The position numbers and the translations under genes were made by a program. From NCBI GenBank assembly GCA_907165135.1, contig OU015566.1, positions 1,302,001 through 1,366,000 of the forward strand: a stretch of 64,000 nt of DNA. The letters are read 5' to 3'. The stretch comes from Oikopleura dioica (lineage: Eukaryota; Animalia; Chordata). The notes beneath the pieces were generated by a model. The model was not told the origin of the DNA. It saw only the letters and a program-made list of their open reading frames with translations, and ran no database searches. Shown here in pieces: positions 1-12,300 of this stretch (the stretch's first letter is position 1; every line of letters starts with the position of its first letter).

Positions 1-422
1 TGAACGCACCCTGAAAATCATGAAAATAAGGCAAAAAGAGAAAAACAGACCTTGAATTTGTAGTCTTTTGATTCTCGACCTTGGCTTGTACCGTCAATCC
101 ATCGTTGTTGAATCTCCTCTGGTGTTTTTTCTCGAGACATTTGCAGATATTTCTCAAAGTCCTTTTGGGAATTAAAATAGGCAAGGGACATTCCGTCAGA
201 ATCGCAATACTCAGCAGCGTCATTCCATTTTAAATTCTTAACATGTTTCTGATTTTCTTCCTTTTTATATTTTCAAACCTGATTCACAAAATGAAAGGTG
301 AAATTTTGCTCGATTTCTTCAATTGGTTCCGTAGATCTAAAATTTTCAAAAATTGCCCGTTTGACATTCTACCTTTTGAAACAACCCAAGCTCAGGCCAA
401 AAAATGATGTGGCAAGCTTCAT
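1..422 (-). CDS. Secreted single-domain C-type lectin, copy B (3' end runs off the window)
   Basis: ATG at 422 gives MKLATSFFGLSLGCF. Spliced exons read FTFHFVNQ and KWNDAAEYCDSDGMSLAYFNSQKDFEKYLQ, closely matching copy A at 860-1035. Confidence 0.75.
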
Positions 423-648
423 TTCTCGATTTTTTTTTGCTGGAAATGGAGCTGAAACTGTATTTGCTCGCTTCAAGTCCTGATTGTTTGCGAATTTTCG
501 TTGTTTTTTTTATAGACGTCTGATACGATACTTCTCCGGGGCAGAGCACTATCACGTACCGACCTGCAATTTTGACAACTGGACAGATATGAGTCATATC
601 ATATGACTAGTAAAAAATATGAGAGATCATTATTTTATTCGAGTTTTT

Positions 649-1505
649 TTAATCAAAATTTTGTCGGCATGCAAACGGCTGCTTTCGCTCGCAGTTCATA
701 TCATTCAGCACTTCTTTCTCCCAGCCAAAAGTCGTGTACAACGCGACACACTCTTCTTTTTCACTGCCGTAGTAGCCAGTTGGCTGGTAATCGCCCCACG
801 GAGCGGCGAATTTTCCCTTGAAAAGAGTAAAAGAGGCGGTCGATTTCGGCAAACCTGGAATTTGTAGTTTCTTGATCGTCGACCCTGGCTGGTTCCGTCG
901 ACCCATCGTTGTTGGATTTCTCCTGGAGTTACTTCTCGAGACATTTGCAGATATTTCTCGAAGTCATCTCTCGAGTCGAAATAAGCAAGAGACATTCCGA
1001 AGGATTCGCAATACTCAGCTGCATCATTCCATTTTAGGTACTAGAATCCCCGTTTTTTCAATCGGAAACTTGACGATTTCAAACCTTGTTGATAAAATGA
1101 AAAGTAAAGGAGTCCTCTTCATCTGGCATTTCTGGCCATGGTTCGGCTCCAGATCCTTCACTCGGCAACAAGCCGCCCATGAGCGTTTTGTAGGCTCCGA
1201 AATCTCCTTCTCTTGCTTCGATAAGCGCGAATACTAACGCGTCAATCGTCTCTTTTTGCTCCGCGATCTGTTCGGTCAGCGAGCTAAGTTGTTAAAAAAT
1301 GCATAAAAATGATGTTTTACTTAATAATTTCAGGATATTCATGAGGCAGCGGGCCATCAATCGAGATTTCAGGAAGCTGGAAATTGTTTTCTTCGATCAA
1401 TTCGACGTCCCTCATCATAATTTATGCGCAAAGAAAATTTTCTTACATGTTATCAGTCGGCATGCACGCCAAGCCAAAGCCAAAAAATGACAAACCAAGC
1501 TTCAT
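649..1505 (-). CDS. Secreted single-domain C-type lectin, copy A
   Basis: Signal-like MKLGLSFFGFGLACM. CTLD motifs KWNDAAEYCESFGMSLAYFDS, WGDYQP, ECVAL and LNDMNCERKQPFAC*. Short GT-AG introns. Confidence 0.85.
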
Positions 1506-1770
1506 TTTCAAGTACTTTTTCACTCAGAATGGAACTTAAACTGTATCTGCCGGCTTTTAGCGATACCCATTTGTTTATTTTCATCACATGATTTATTGAA
1601 AACTTCCAGGTTGATTTTGACCCGAGAGATGGGTCAGGCAAAAGAACTCAAAAATCGGAATGGTTCGATTACGAACGAACTGACTTTTGAGTTTCTAATC
1701 GATTTTTTGGTTTTATGGTTGGCCCTAAATCGAAAAGCAGAGATTCAAAATTTTGTATTTAGCGAGAAAA

Positions 1771-2180
1771 ATGAAAAAGAAGGTTTTTTTAAAGGAAGCT
1801 TGCAAAATATGCGGCAAACTCCTCAATGCCAACAATCTCAAGAGACACGAGATGATACATACAGGCGAAAAACCATTCAGTGTAAATTCACTTCCCCAAG
1901 CATTTTAAATATTATGATAATTTAGTGTGATCTTTGCGACTACAAAGCTAACCAAAGAGCTTCCATTGAGAAACATTTGAGACATGTTCATAAAAAGATG
2001 CCTATCGAACAGAAAACTCCGAAACTCCAAGCAAGGGAGATAATAAATCAAGTCGTGCATTATCGAATCGATGAGGAAGGCGAAGATGGAAGCTTGAAAG
2101 AAAACTGGGTGCCAATATTCGAAGTAGAAGATTACGGCGATGTCGTCGAATTTGAGAAATTCATAAGCAAAGATCGTTGA
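1771..2180 (+). CDS. Two C2H2 zinc fingers plus a C-terminal chromo-like segment
   Basis: MKKKVFLKEACKICGKLLNANNLKRHEMIHTGEKPFS, a 44-nt GT-AG intron, then CDLCDYKANQRASIEKHLRHVH. Tail VVHYRIDEEG...NWVP...DVVEFEK. Confidence 0.85.
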
Positions 2181-2359
2181 AAAACGATTATCATCAAAAA
2201 AACTCTCTCGATTTTCTTACTTCGAAATCTGCCTTTGAAAGTCCATCGATGGTGCCCTGCAGAAAAACACGACGCAATAAATAAGAAAAATATATTATAC
2301 TTTATTGTTATCAAAACTATTATAATGCCGTCATAAAAAATAATAAACTCATTTGATCA

Positions 2360-4704
2360 AAATTACCTGATTCGGATGGATCAAGAGAAGCAATTCTGAA
2401 AACGTCGTCCTGCTCATCTGGAGAATTGATCGAAACCAAATTTGCTCCTTGTCCTTCGCAAAATGATTGAGCTGCCTTCCACCCTTATTTTTTCATGAGA
2501 AAGGTCATTAAGAAAATGCTCACCCTTCTGATCAGAAGTACTCATGATGCACTTTTGCGAGCTTTCCAAAAACGTCCATCCGAAATCGCATTCTTCATGC
2601 GGCAGCGCTGTTGGCACAGTATTTGGATTTTTAGTCGTCGAAACTTGCACTGCTGGCTGCATGCAGATCGGATATCGTTTTTCAGCACAGTTGAATGCTC
2701 TCCAGAGCCCAGCCATTTCATGATTATCCAGGCCGGCAGCAAGTTCGACGCAAAACTTGTACGGATTATTTTCTGGCTCTCCATCGGCAAAGTTTTTGTA
2801 GCTCACGCTCGTTCCGGAATCCCAATCAATGGGCTGGCCGCCTGCATATGGCAATCCCAGCCCAAGCCAGCTCGATGCGAGTTGATGCTTGACGATGAAT
2901 GCATTTTCCTCGTCGTTGAAAATTTCAACGAGTCTTGATCCGAGACTTTCGCAAAACTCGGCCGCCTCGTATTTTGTCAAATAAGTCGTGTTGCCGTTGT
3001 AGTACTTTGAAAAACTGTAGCACATGCCATTTTGCTCGTTCAAAAATGTCGTCATGTGCCAATCGTCGGATTTGATACATGTCAAATTTGAAGTTGGAGC
3101 TTCCGTCGGTCGAAGTTGAGCAGGAGCATCCATGAAACAGCCAAAAGCTTCAGTAGTCGAGCAACTTTCGGCCATCCAGTTGTCCGAAGTTTTCAAGACA
3201 TCGAGATACGCGCAGGTGTGAGAGTTGACATTGCATTTTGGCTGATCATCCGCCCAGTAAGTAAAGCTCGGGTTGGAGTTGAAATCTGAATATTGCAGTC
3301 GACAGTCTCGTACTGGATCTTGCAGCGGCATTTCATCGTGAATGTTTGACAGATCCAGCCACATTCGCGTGACTCCTGCTTCCGCCCACTCATGTTGATA
3401 CTGTGCGAAGATGTCTGCTTCCGCTTGGCTTTCGATTCTGATCTGTTGAGCTCCGAAGCTCTCGCAATATTTTTTCGCTTCATACCAAGGAAGGTGATAA
3501 TTGCCATTGAGGAAGAATTTGTAGCATTTATTTCCAACATGACTGTCTCCTTTGTCCTTTATCTTCTGAAAGGTCCATCCTTCTGGGCAAGTTTGACCGA
3601 CTGGTTTTTGGCAAATGACTGATTTCGGTTCATTACACCATCGAGCAGACCAAACAGCAGAACTGGTATCCTCAGCTCCCGGCTCAAAGCTAGCACAAGT
3701 CGCGGCAGGTGTTTGATCCAACTGACTATCTGGCGCGCCGTATTCCCAGTTGAGATAACCAGAACTATACTCCCCGGAGATCCAGGAAAAACGATCGGGC
3801 TGGTTTTGTGGGGCATTCAAATTGTTCAACCCGATCCAGGCGCCTTTGTAAGTCACAGAATCGCCCCAAGAATTGATCGCTTCTTTGAGTTTCTCAGCGA
3901 TAAACTTATTTTCTTGCTCGTTTTTGATCGTGACCAAATCGCCGAAATAATTGTTCCCGAGGCCTCCTTGACAGTAGCTCTGGCCGAGTTCGAATTGTCG
4001 CTGAGTTGTTGGCTTGGGAAAGATGATACAGGATGGTTCACCGGTTCCGACGTCCATTTTGAACCAATTATCGCCACGGCAGTCGGCGACGCATTGAGTA
4101 CTTTTGGCTTTGCAGATGAAGCTGAAGAAAGGAGTTGAAAACAGCGTGGAAAGATCATTTTACCTGGCAGTCTTGGTACATTCATTTTTGACCCAAAGGC
4201 CTTCCCCATCCCAAGGCATTGGAAAATCAGGGAGGTTTTCCGTGAAAAGTGCAAAAGTACACCTCTTGGACTGGTCCGAGTTATTTTCCATTCCCGGCGC
4301 CCAGTTTTTGTAATTATACGGTTTCGTAACATCTCCGTTTTGGTTGGTGTTGACCCATTCTAGCGTGTTGAACTGTTTGAGATTATTGAGCCCAATCCAG
4401 TAGTTTCGGAATCCTCGGTCTTTCCATTTCAGCGTATCGTAAATCAGGCGCATCTCGTTTTCGCTGTGAAAATCGACAAGATCAGCGCCAAAAGTGTTAC
4501 AGTGAGATTGAGCAGCATTCCAGCTCTTTTCCGGAACTCCATCGATTCCCCCTTGAAAAAGAAATCACCAAAAATCTCCCTTGAAAAATTACCTTCAAAG
4601 GTCTTGTAAGAATTGTCACCGATGACGATCCAGTCTGACGGACAAGGCTCAGCATTTGAAGCAATAAAAAGCGTATTTATTACAATCAGTCTTGTGACTA
4701 CCAT
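2360..4704 (-). CDS. Multi-CTLD mannose-receptor-like secreted lectin (4 complete CTLDs plus a partial fifth); 3' end uncertain
   Basis: Signal MVVTRLIVINTLFIASNA. Repeated CPxxW/CY, WIGLNN, NWAPG and WxxxxC motifs in ORFs 4160-4453 and 2414-4057. Confidence 0.9.
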
Positions 4705-5136
4705 TTTGACTGATTTTTTTTCGTTGAATTGAACTTTGTGAAACGCCCAAGTGCAATAAATAAGATAGAAGGTGTGACAAGTAGCACTTTTTGTTGACTA
4801 ACTCCAGCGTGTTATGTTTCATTATTGACATGAATACTGGCTTTCATTTCTAGGGCCTCTTCTTCCTGAAAGAAAATCTTCCATCTTTTGGAAGGATTTT
4901 TCTCCTTTTCCAATCTAATTCGAGCTTAATTTCAGGCCTCTTTGAGTCAAAGTTACGGTTATTCTTCTAGAACTTTCAGATTGCCAAAAAGCCACTTCTT
5001 CTTTTCTTCGATCTCAGATAAAATGTCAATGCTCACGACACGAAAATGGCAAAGGGATTATATGTTATGGTTCTCCTCCGTAAACTTACGTCTTGCTCTC
5101 AGAGTATTTCTCCGCACATAATCAGTTGACTCTGCC

Positions 5137-6811
5137 ATGAAAAAGCTCTCGTTTTTGTTTCTTTCCGGAGTTTCATGCTGGTGGTGGGACTATGATGACG
5201 GGTACACGATCCAAGACAACGAGTATTCAGGTTTGAAAGAGATGTTCTTTTTAATAATATTTGCGCCAAAGAAAGCCCTTGCTTCGACAAATCGCACCGT
5301 TGCCATGAGGAAGAAACCTGCGTTCCCGAAGGACAACATTTGTACGAATGCTGCCCGGACGACTGGAATCGTTTGAATGTACCGTGCAGAAAACCAATCG
5401 GTAGATCTCTTCCTTGATTTCTGAAAAAAAAAAGTTCTTCTTCAGAACATCCTTGCTTTAAAAATCCTTGCAAAAATGGAGAATTCTGCTATAGGAAGAT
5501 TTCCCAAGGCGAAGAGAATCATGATTACGAGTGTATAGAGGAAGATGAGGAATGCCACGGCGTGGTTATGTGCGAGAAACCGATGTCAGGCTCTTGTTCA
5601 GGTTTTTTCATTTTTTTTCTGCTTTTCGGGCAATTTTTTTGGGTAAGCCTCATCTGCCCAGAAGCCTCATCTGCGCAGAGTCTCATTCTCCCAGAAGCCT
5701 CATTCTCCCAGGCTTGGCAGATAAGGCTCCTGGGAGAATGAGGCTCTGGGCAGATGAGGCTTACCCAATTTTTTTAGGAAATAATCGGCAAAAGCCGAAA
5801 AGAATCATCGTCAAGACCATCGATGATTGCTATAATATGTGTGCTGCTGCAGACAATGTAAGAGTTTTTTAAAAACATATGAAATGGAAAAGAATTGTCT
5901 TAACCCTAACCCTAAACCTATTCTAGTGCTCGGGATTCGATATCGATTCAAAAGGAGGTTGTTATCTCGCTAAAAAACCCTGCGATGAAAACGATCTTGA
6001 GGATTTACCTGGATTCGAAGAGCAAACAAAGGAAGTCAGCTATAGGGAATGGATTTATGATAAATATTATGGCTACTCTTTCACTACACAAAGACATCTA
6101 ACTTTCACATATTATTCAATTGACAATTGCAAGGCTCCGAGTAAGTTTTACTTGAAATCTTTCAATCAATTTTTTAAGAGAGGTCTGAAAAATGCGATGA
6201 AATCCTCAAAAAATCAGCTCAGGAACATGCTTTGGAAATAAAAGACGTATTTGATGGCAAAAATAAGAGATTCTGACTTATTATTTTAGATTTTGACGAT
6301 GATGGCTTCTCAAAATCAACAATCAAAGCTCGAAATCGAAGCTGGAATCTACGAAAACCACAAATCGTTGATGCAAAATATGCAAGATATTCATGAAAAT
6401 ACGGAACTTCTGAAAGCTTCTTTGGGACTCATGGCGGTTTTGTCCTTTGCGGTTTTCGTGATGATGTTTTTCAGGCTGAAGAGACAATGCTACGTAAGCT
6501 GAGATCAGAGCGGATTGCTTATTTAATTCTTATCTTCAGGGTGGGCCAGCTCGAAGACTTTCATCTCTCGTTTCAATTTCACCAAAGCCGCGAGCTGCTA
6601 CTGCTCTCGAGATTCCGGCTAATCCAGGTTTGTGCAGAAAAAAACAGCGGTTTTGATCGCTTTTGAAGAAAAACTCGGGGAACATCATCAAGAAGGAACT
6701 GGGTCAATTCCGACTTACTCCAATCTCCATACGACGAATGATACGGATAATGACATGGCTGGACTGACTGTAAGAGGCTTTTCGAACAAATACAAATCTT
6801 TCCATAATTGA
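5137..6811 (+). CDS. Type I membrane protein with Cys-rich/EGF-like and PAN-like modules
   Basis: Signal MKKLSFLFLSGVSC; HPCFKNPCKNGEFC; IDDCYNMCAAADN-CSGFDIDSKGGCYL; TM LGLMAVLSFAVFVMMFF; stop at 6809-6811. Confidence 0.7.
5641..5766. mobile_element. Small foldback MITE inside an intron
   Basis: Inverted arms gggtaagcctcatctgcccaga / tctgggcagatgaggcttaccc with internal agcctcat repeats. Confidence 0.8.
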
Positions 6812-7069
6812 AATAAACTTAAAAATGGGAAAAACATTGTTCGAATTGAATTTTTTTTATTTTTCAGAGAATTTCGGAGGGGAACAACTGGTGGTTGGGG
6901 TACAGCTTCATTTTTTAAAAAATATTTCTTTCAATTTTGCAGAATCTGCCCTTTCTCTTTTTTATGTCTTCATAATTTCACACTTAGGCGGTAGTCAGTT
7001 CCGTAAATAGCGTTTCGAATGGAAAATTGGGAGATCAATCAGTATTAAGAATCTTTATTTTTGAAGAAA

Positions 7070-8980
7070 TCAATAGCAAATTTCATGCAGGTACGATTGA
7101 TTCATGTACAGCTCAGGGTGGTTTAGATTACTTCGCGCTTTTACAATATTTTCAAGACTAAGCACATCTGCTTCCGAAGCACTGTTGACATAGCGCATGC
7201 ATTCTTCCGGGCTATATCCGAGTCCTGCCAAATCTTGAAAGAATAACCAATAAACCAATTTTTCCTTATCTCCTTACCCATGAAATAAATCATATAAATC
7301 TTCTTGGCAACGTCTTTCGGGACATTTCTCCAGTACCAGCTTGGATGATGCTTGGCCATTGGACTGTTTGCGTATTGTTGCCGAAGAACTGGTTTGATGT
7401 CTGCGATCTTTTCCCAAGCATAGTCATATTCTAGATCCACATCTTCAAGGTGCAGAATCAAGTCGTATTCGAAATGGCACGGGCTGCATTCCCAGTGAAC
7501 TCTAGAATTCTCCGTAGAATTAATAATGACTCAATTAAACTTACGTTCTCCAATGCCTGTTATTCACAAATTCACTTGGATTCGCCGCCCTGGAGCTCGC
7601 GAAAGCCTCGAAAGAGCACGAAAACTGCTCGGGCTTTTCATAAGGCCCTTCAAAGACCCGGATGGACGGAAGAAAATAGCCCTGTCGTCTGAAAAAATGA
7701 ATTAGGAACGATTTCCGCCGTCTGTATTTTGTTTCTAAGTTGACGCAAGTTTTTTGAAAAACGAGCCTTTTGCACAAGTGCCCCGGGTTAACTCCTAAGC
7801 CGAAGAAAAAACAGCTTGGTTTTGGATGTCTTGTGAACTAAATTTTGAACTGTGCTCTCATAAAACTATTTTCAGTTAAATTTGAAAAAAAAATGTCTTA
7901 CCGTGGATTATGTTTGACATGAAATTTGTCTCTCCATGCAGAAACCAGTCTTTGAAACGGATTTCTTGTGTTCAAAACTTTCAATTTTGAAATTTTCTTT
8001 GCGAAGCTATTGTCCGCATAATCATCCGGATGCAATCTTGGGATCTGAGCTCTTCCATGCTTTCCGGTCAAACTTGCGAGGGCATTTTGCCAATTGGTCG
8101 TTCCGCATTTTGGAGGAAGACAAATCGTCAGGTTCAAATTTGGTTCGTGGAAAATATCCGTGTGGCTTTGCCGGCGACCCTTGATGAAGCGAGCTTGGTT
8201 CTTCTTTTTTGAAAAGCTTGGGGGATTGCATTGAAGTGGCGTCTCGTCATCTTTCGGGAGAGCTGAATGTATGAAGGGATGAAAATAGGCTTGAGAAAGA
8301 ACCTTTATTGAGATCATATATCTGCTCATGTAATTTAAGCAATCCATCAAAGTCGTCTGCATCAATTAGGTTTTGAATTTTTCGGCGCATTTGACAGGTT
8401 CGACGAAGGTACTTGACGCGATTCTTCATTTTTTCGTCTAATTTTCTCCATGCTAAGAATCAAAATAGCGAATTCATAAGGAGAAAATGCCGTACCTTCA
8501 TCATGATCAATTTTTGTCCCAGTGAGCTCGATTCCCTCCATAAAATCAGTCGAATTGCCATTTTCATAATCATCTACATCATCATCGTCTTCGTAAATGT
8601 AATCGTCAATTATCTTTTGCTCAATTTGCTTTTTCTCATATTCTTTGTAATAACCAAGACTTTCCTCTGTTTTTGAAAGCTGTTCAGCGATGAACTCCAA
8701 ATCATACTCTTTTGCAACAAAAAAACCTTTATTCGGTTGATTCAAAGAATAAACTCATGCTTGTTTTCAGCAATTTCTTTCAATTTTTCGGTATTCTCCT
8801 CCAAAAATCAACCTTTTTCCTAAAAATCCAACAAGAATCAGTCCATAAATGCCCTTAACGGTGCTCAAAATCTCCATAAAACTTTCTCTATCTTCTTATT
8901 TCTTGAAATTATTAAAGCCAATCTTCAAGTCTCTACGAAATTGAGAAGGAACCGGCGATAAGGGTGTCCCATCTGGGATG
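7070..8980 (-). CDS. Carbohydrate sulfotransferase (Sulfotransfer_2, CHST8-14/HNK-1ST-like); start approximate
   Basis: 5'-PSB motif CLPPKCGTTNWQ, 3'-PB motif TRNPFQRLVSAWRDKF, and spliced C-terminal IYFM-DLAGLGY. Confidence 0.85.
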
Positions 8981-9318
8981 TCAGCTTGTCGACATTGATG
9001 TGACACGGCGGAGCGCTACATTTTTCTGCTGCGCCGGTAAACCGCCAAGGGCGAACAAAGAACTAAAACGCTAGTTTTAAGAACTTCTCAGATTTCAAAG
9101 AGCAATAAGCTAGCTTGAACATTTTTCTTTAACAACAAAAAGAAAATACCGATGTCTTTATTTTATTGAAAATAATTCTCAGCGTCATCCCTCACAATCC
9201 TTTTTATAAGGATTGTTCAGTCAGTTAAGCAGACAAAGATAAAGCGAACTGTCTTGCAGTTCAAATATGCAGTAAAGATAAGGAAAGTATAAAAATATAG
9301 AATCTTTAGTGGTCTCTT

Positions 9319-12300
9319 TTAAAGCTCGAAGACAGGCTTCTCGCAAATAAGTGATTTATCATCAATGAGTGCTTTTTCACCATCGGCACATGGATTAGGA
9401 CAAGTTTCAATGAAATCGAATGATGTTTCTGAAATTGTTACATCGTTGCAAGTTTTGTCTCCAGTATCCGAATGTTGATTTAATCGACACGTGCAGAAAT
9501 GATCAGAGCTAGAATAAAAGTTATTATGCTTTCTTAGCATTAGTCATACCCAAAGAAATCTCCAATATCGAAACAGCATTGTGGATATTCTGATTGTCCT
9601 GGCAAACATTCCGAGTGATGGACTGTGTTACATTTTGTATTTTTATCATGAGAAGAATTATCTTTGCCATGGCAAAAGCATGGATCGTCAACGTGATATA
9701 CATACTCTGAGTTACAGCAATCTTTATTGATGATTCCTCTGACAGAGTTGCACTTCGCTCTCTTCGGAACACTTGTTCTCTTCCCGGTCTGATGATAAAT
9801 ATACTGTCCAAGACTGAATTCAGATTTATCGGAATCGTGTTTTGCAGAGATCAGCTCTGAAGCAAGTTGGAAACAGTCGCTGTCGACAGATGCATGAATG
9901 GCGTCATCGGAACCGAAGTCAAATTTGAGAGCCCCGCAGCATGATGGAAAACAATCTTTTGAAATATTACATTCATTTGTCACGTCTCTGCAGGCGAGAC
10001 TGTCAGTACTGCCCTCGCATGGATCGTATCTTATCCTTGAATAAAAATTAAGATTTGATGAAAATCATTTTGAAAACTTACCATTGGTCGCATAAAGTGT
10101 CTTCCTTAAAAGTAAGGGAGAAAGTTTCTTTCGCTTTAAGACAGCATTCTCGTTTTTCATGAATACTTCCGCTATTGTAACAATGGCTATAGCCGCATGC
10201 AGAAGCATGATCGGCCTGTTCGTCCACGTCAACAGTTTTTGATTTACAATAAGAACAACCCTTATTTGTGCTCGTGTCACAGCATCCTCCGAAGAAATCG
10301 GCGTTATTGTTGCATTTTGAAAATTTTTGACAAGCAACTGGAGCAGGGGTCTGGATTCGCTTAGCGAATTCGCTCATGAGCGAAGCGAAGCGAAGCGAAG
10401 CGAATTCGCTTCGCTTCGCTTTCGCTTTTTCTAATTTCAATTCGCTTCGCTTCGCTTTCGCTTTTTACCAAAAATTTTCGCTCAAAATTCGCTCAAAAGA
10501 CTTCATTTCCTGAAATGATCAAGGAGAGATCTCCATCTGCTTTACTTCTTTCAAAGCAAAAATTACGCCGCTTACATCTACATCTCGTAGATAATTGTTA
10601 TTGATGATAATTACTTCCAGATTTTACAGCTGCAAAGTTTCATAAAAAGGCGGAATGATTTCCTTTACCATCAAACCAAAAAACAAACAACAAAAATGAC
10701 TTTTATTGTAAAATGCAAACATTGCAAATTTACTTGCAACCGAAACAGTCTTCATCGTCATCTTGTCGCTGACCACTTTATGGATAAAACAGTCAACGCT
10801 ATGAACCACGTAGAACTCGACTGGGAGGATTTCGAAATGGACATCTATTTCAAAGGTGTCCGAGAAAAAAACGGAGAGCTGCAAATTCGAACGTTCTGGG
10901 ACTGCGATAACAAAGACAAAGAAACCTTCCAGAAAACCTTCGAACCTTTCCAGAACTTCATTCTACACGAAAATATCTCCGACGCGATAGAAATTTCTAT
11001 GAAAAAATCAACTGAGAAAAAAGCTGCGATCAAGCTTTCGAATCTTCTTCAAAGCGTCAATTCAGCAAAAGCCGCCATCAAGGACGATCCTGAATGTCAA
11101 ATCTGCTGCAACGAAATCGACGAAAAAAACTTCGCTATCTTTATCACTCCAAATCTCACTGCCTGCCACACAAATATTGCTCACTTTGTCTGCAACTCTT
11201 GCCCATCAAATTTCACTTCTATCCCATCTTGTCCTTTTTGTCGAACAAATGGCAAGTTTGTAACTCTCCGAAAACCTCTCGAATAAAAGAATTATAATCT
11301 CAAAAAACTTTAATGATTTCTTCTTTTTAAAAAGGATTAATTCGATAAAATACTGGCTTCTGATTGGCTTAGGGACCAATTTTCTGGAATCGGCACTTAT
11401 TTAATTATTATTAATTACTTTTCAAGCGAAGTTTTTTTTAACTGTTTATTTTCATAAAATACTGGCTCCTGATTGGCTGGGAGTCAAATTTTCTAGAATC
11501 GGCTGAAGTTTAGTTATTATAAATAACTTTTCAAGCGAACTTTTTTTAACTGTCTATTTTCATAAAATACTGGTTCCTGATTGGCTTAGAGGCAAAATTC
11601 TAGCATTAGGTTTCAACTTGTTATTATGGATAACTTTTTGCGCAAAATTTTCCAAACTGTTTATTTTTATAAAATCCTGTCTTCTGATTGGCTGAGAGCC
11701 CAATTTTCCAGAGTCGGGTGAAAATAAGTTATTATAGATTATTTTTTGCGCAAAATTTTCGATAATGTTTATATTTATAAAATCCTGTCTTCTGATTGGC
11801 TGAGAGCCCAATTTTCCAGAGTCGGGTGAAAATAAGTTATTATAGATTATTTTTTGCGCAAAATTTTCGATAATGTTTATATTTATAAAATCCTGTCTTC
11901 TGATTGGCTGAGAGCCCAATTTTCCAGAGTCGGGTGAAAATAAGTTATTATAGATTATTTTTTGCGCAAAATTTTCGATAATGTTCATTTTTATAAAATA
12001 CTGGCTTCTGATTGGCTGAGAGCCCAATTTTCCAGAATCGGGTGAAAATAAGTTATTATAGATTATTTTTTGCGCAAAATTTTCGATAATATTTATTTTT
12101 ATAAAATACTGGCTTCTGATTGGCTGAGAGCCCAATTTTCCAGAATCGGGTGAAAATAAGTTATTATAGATAACTTTTTGCGCAAAATTTTCTATTATGT
12201 TTATTTTTATAAAATACTGGCTTCTGATTGGCTGAGAGCCCAATTTTCCAGAATCGGGTGAAAATAAGTTATAATAGATAACTTTTTGCGCAAAATTTTC

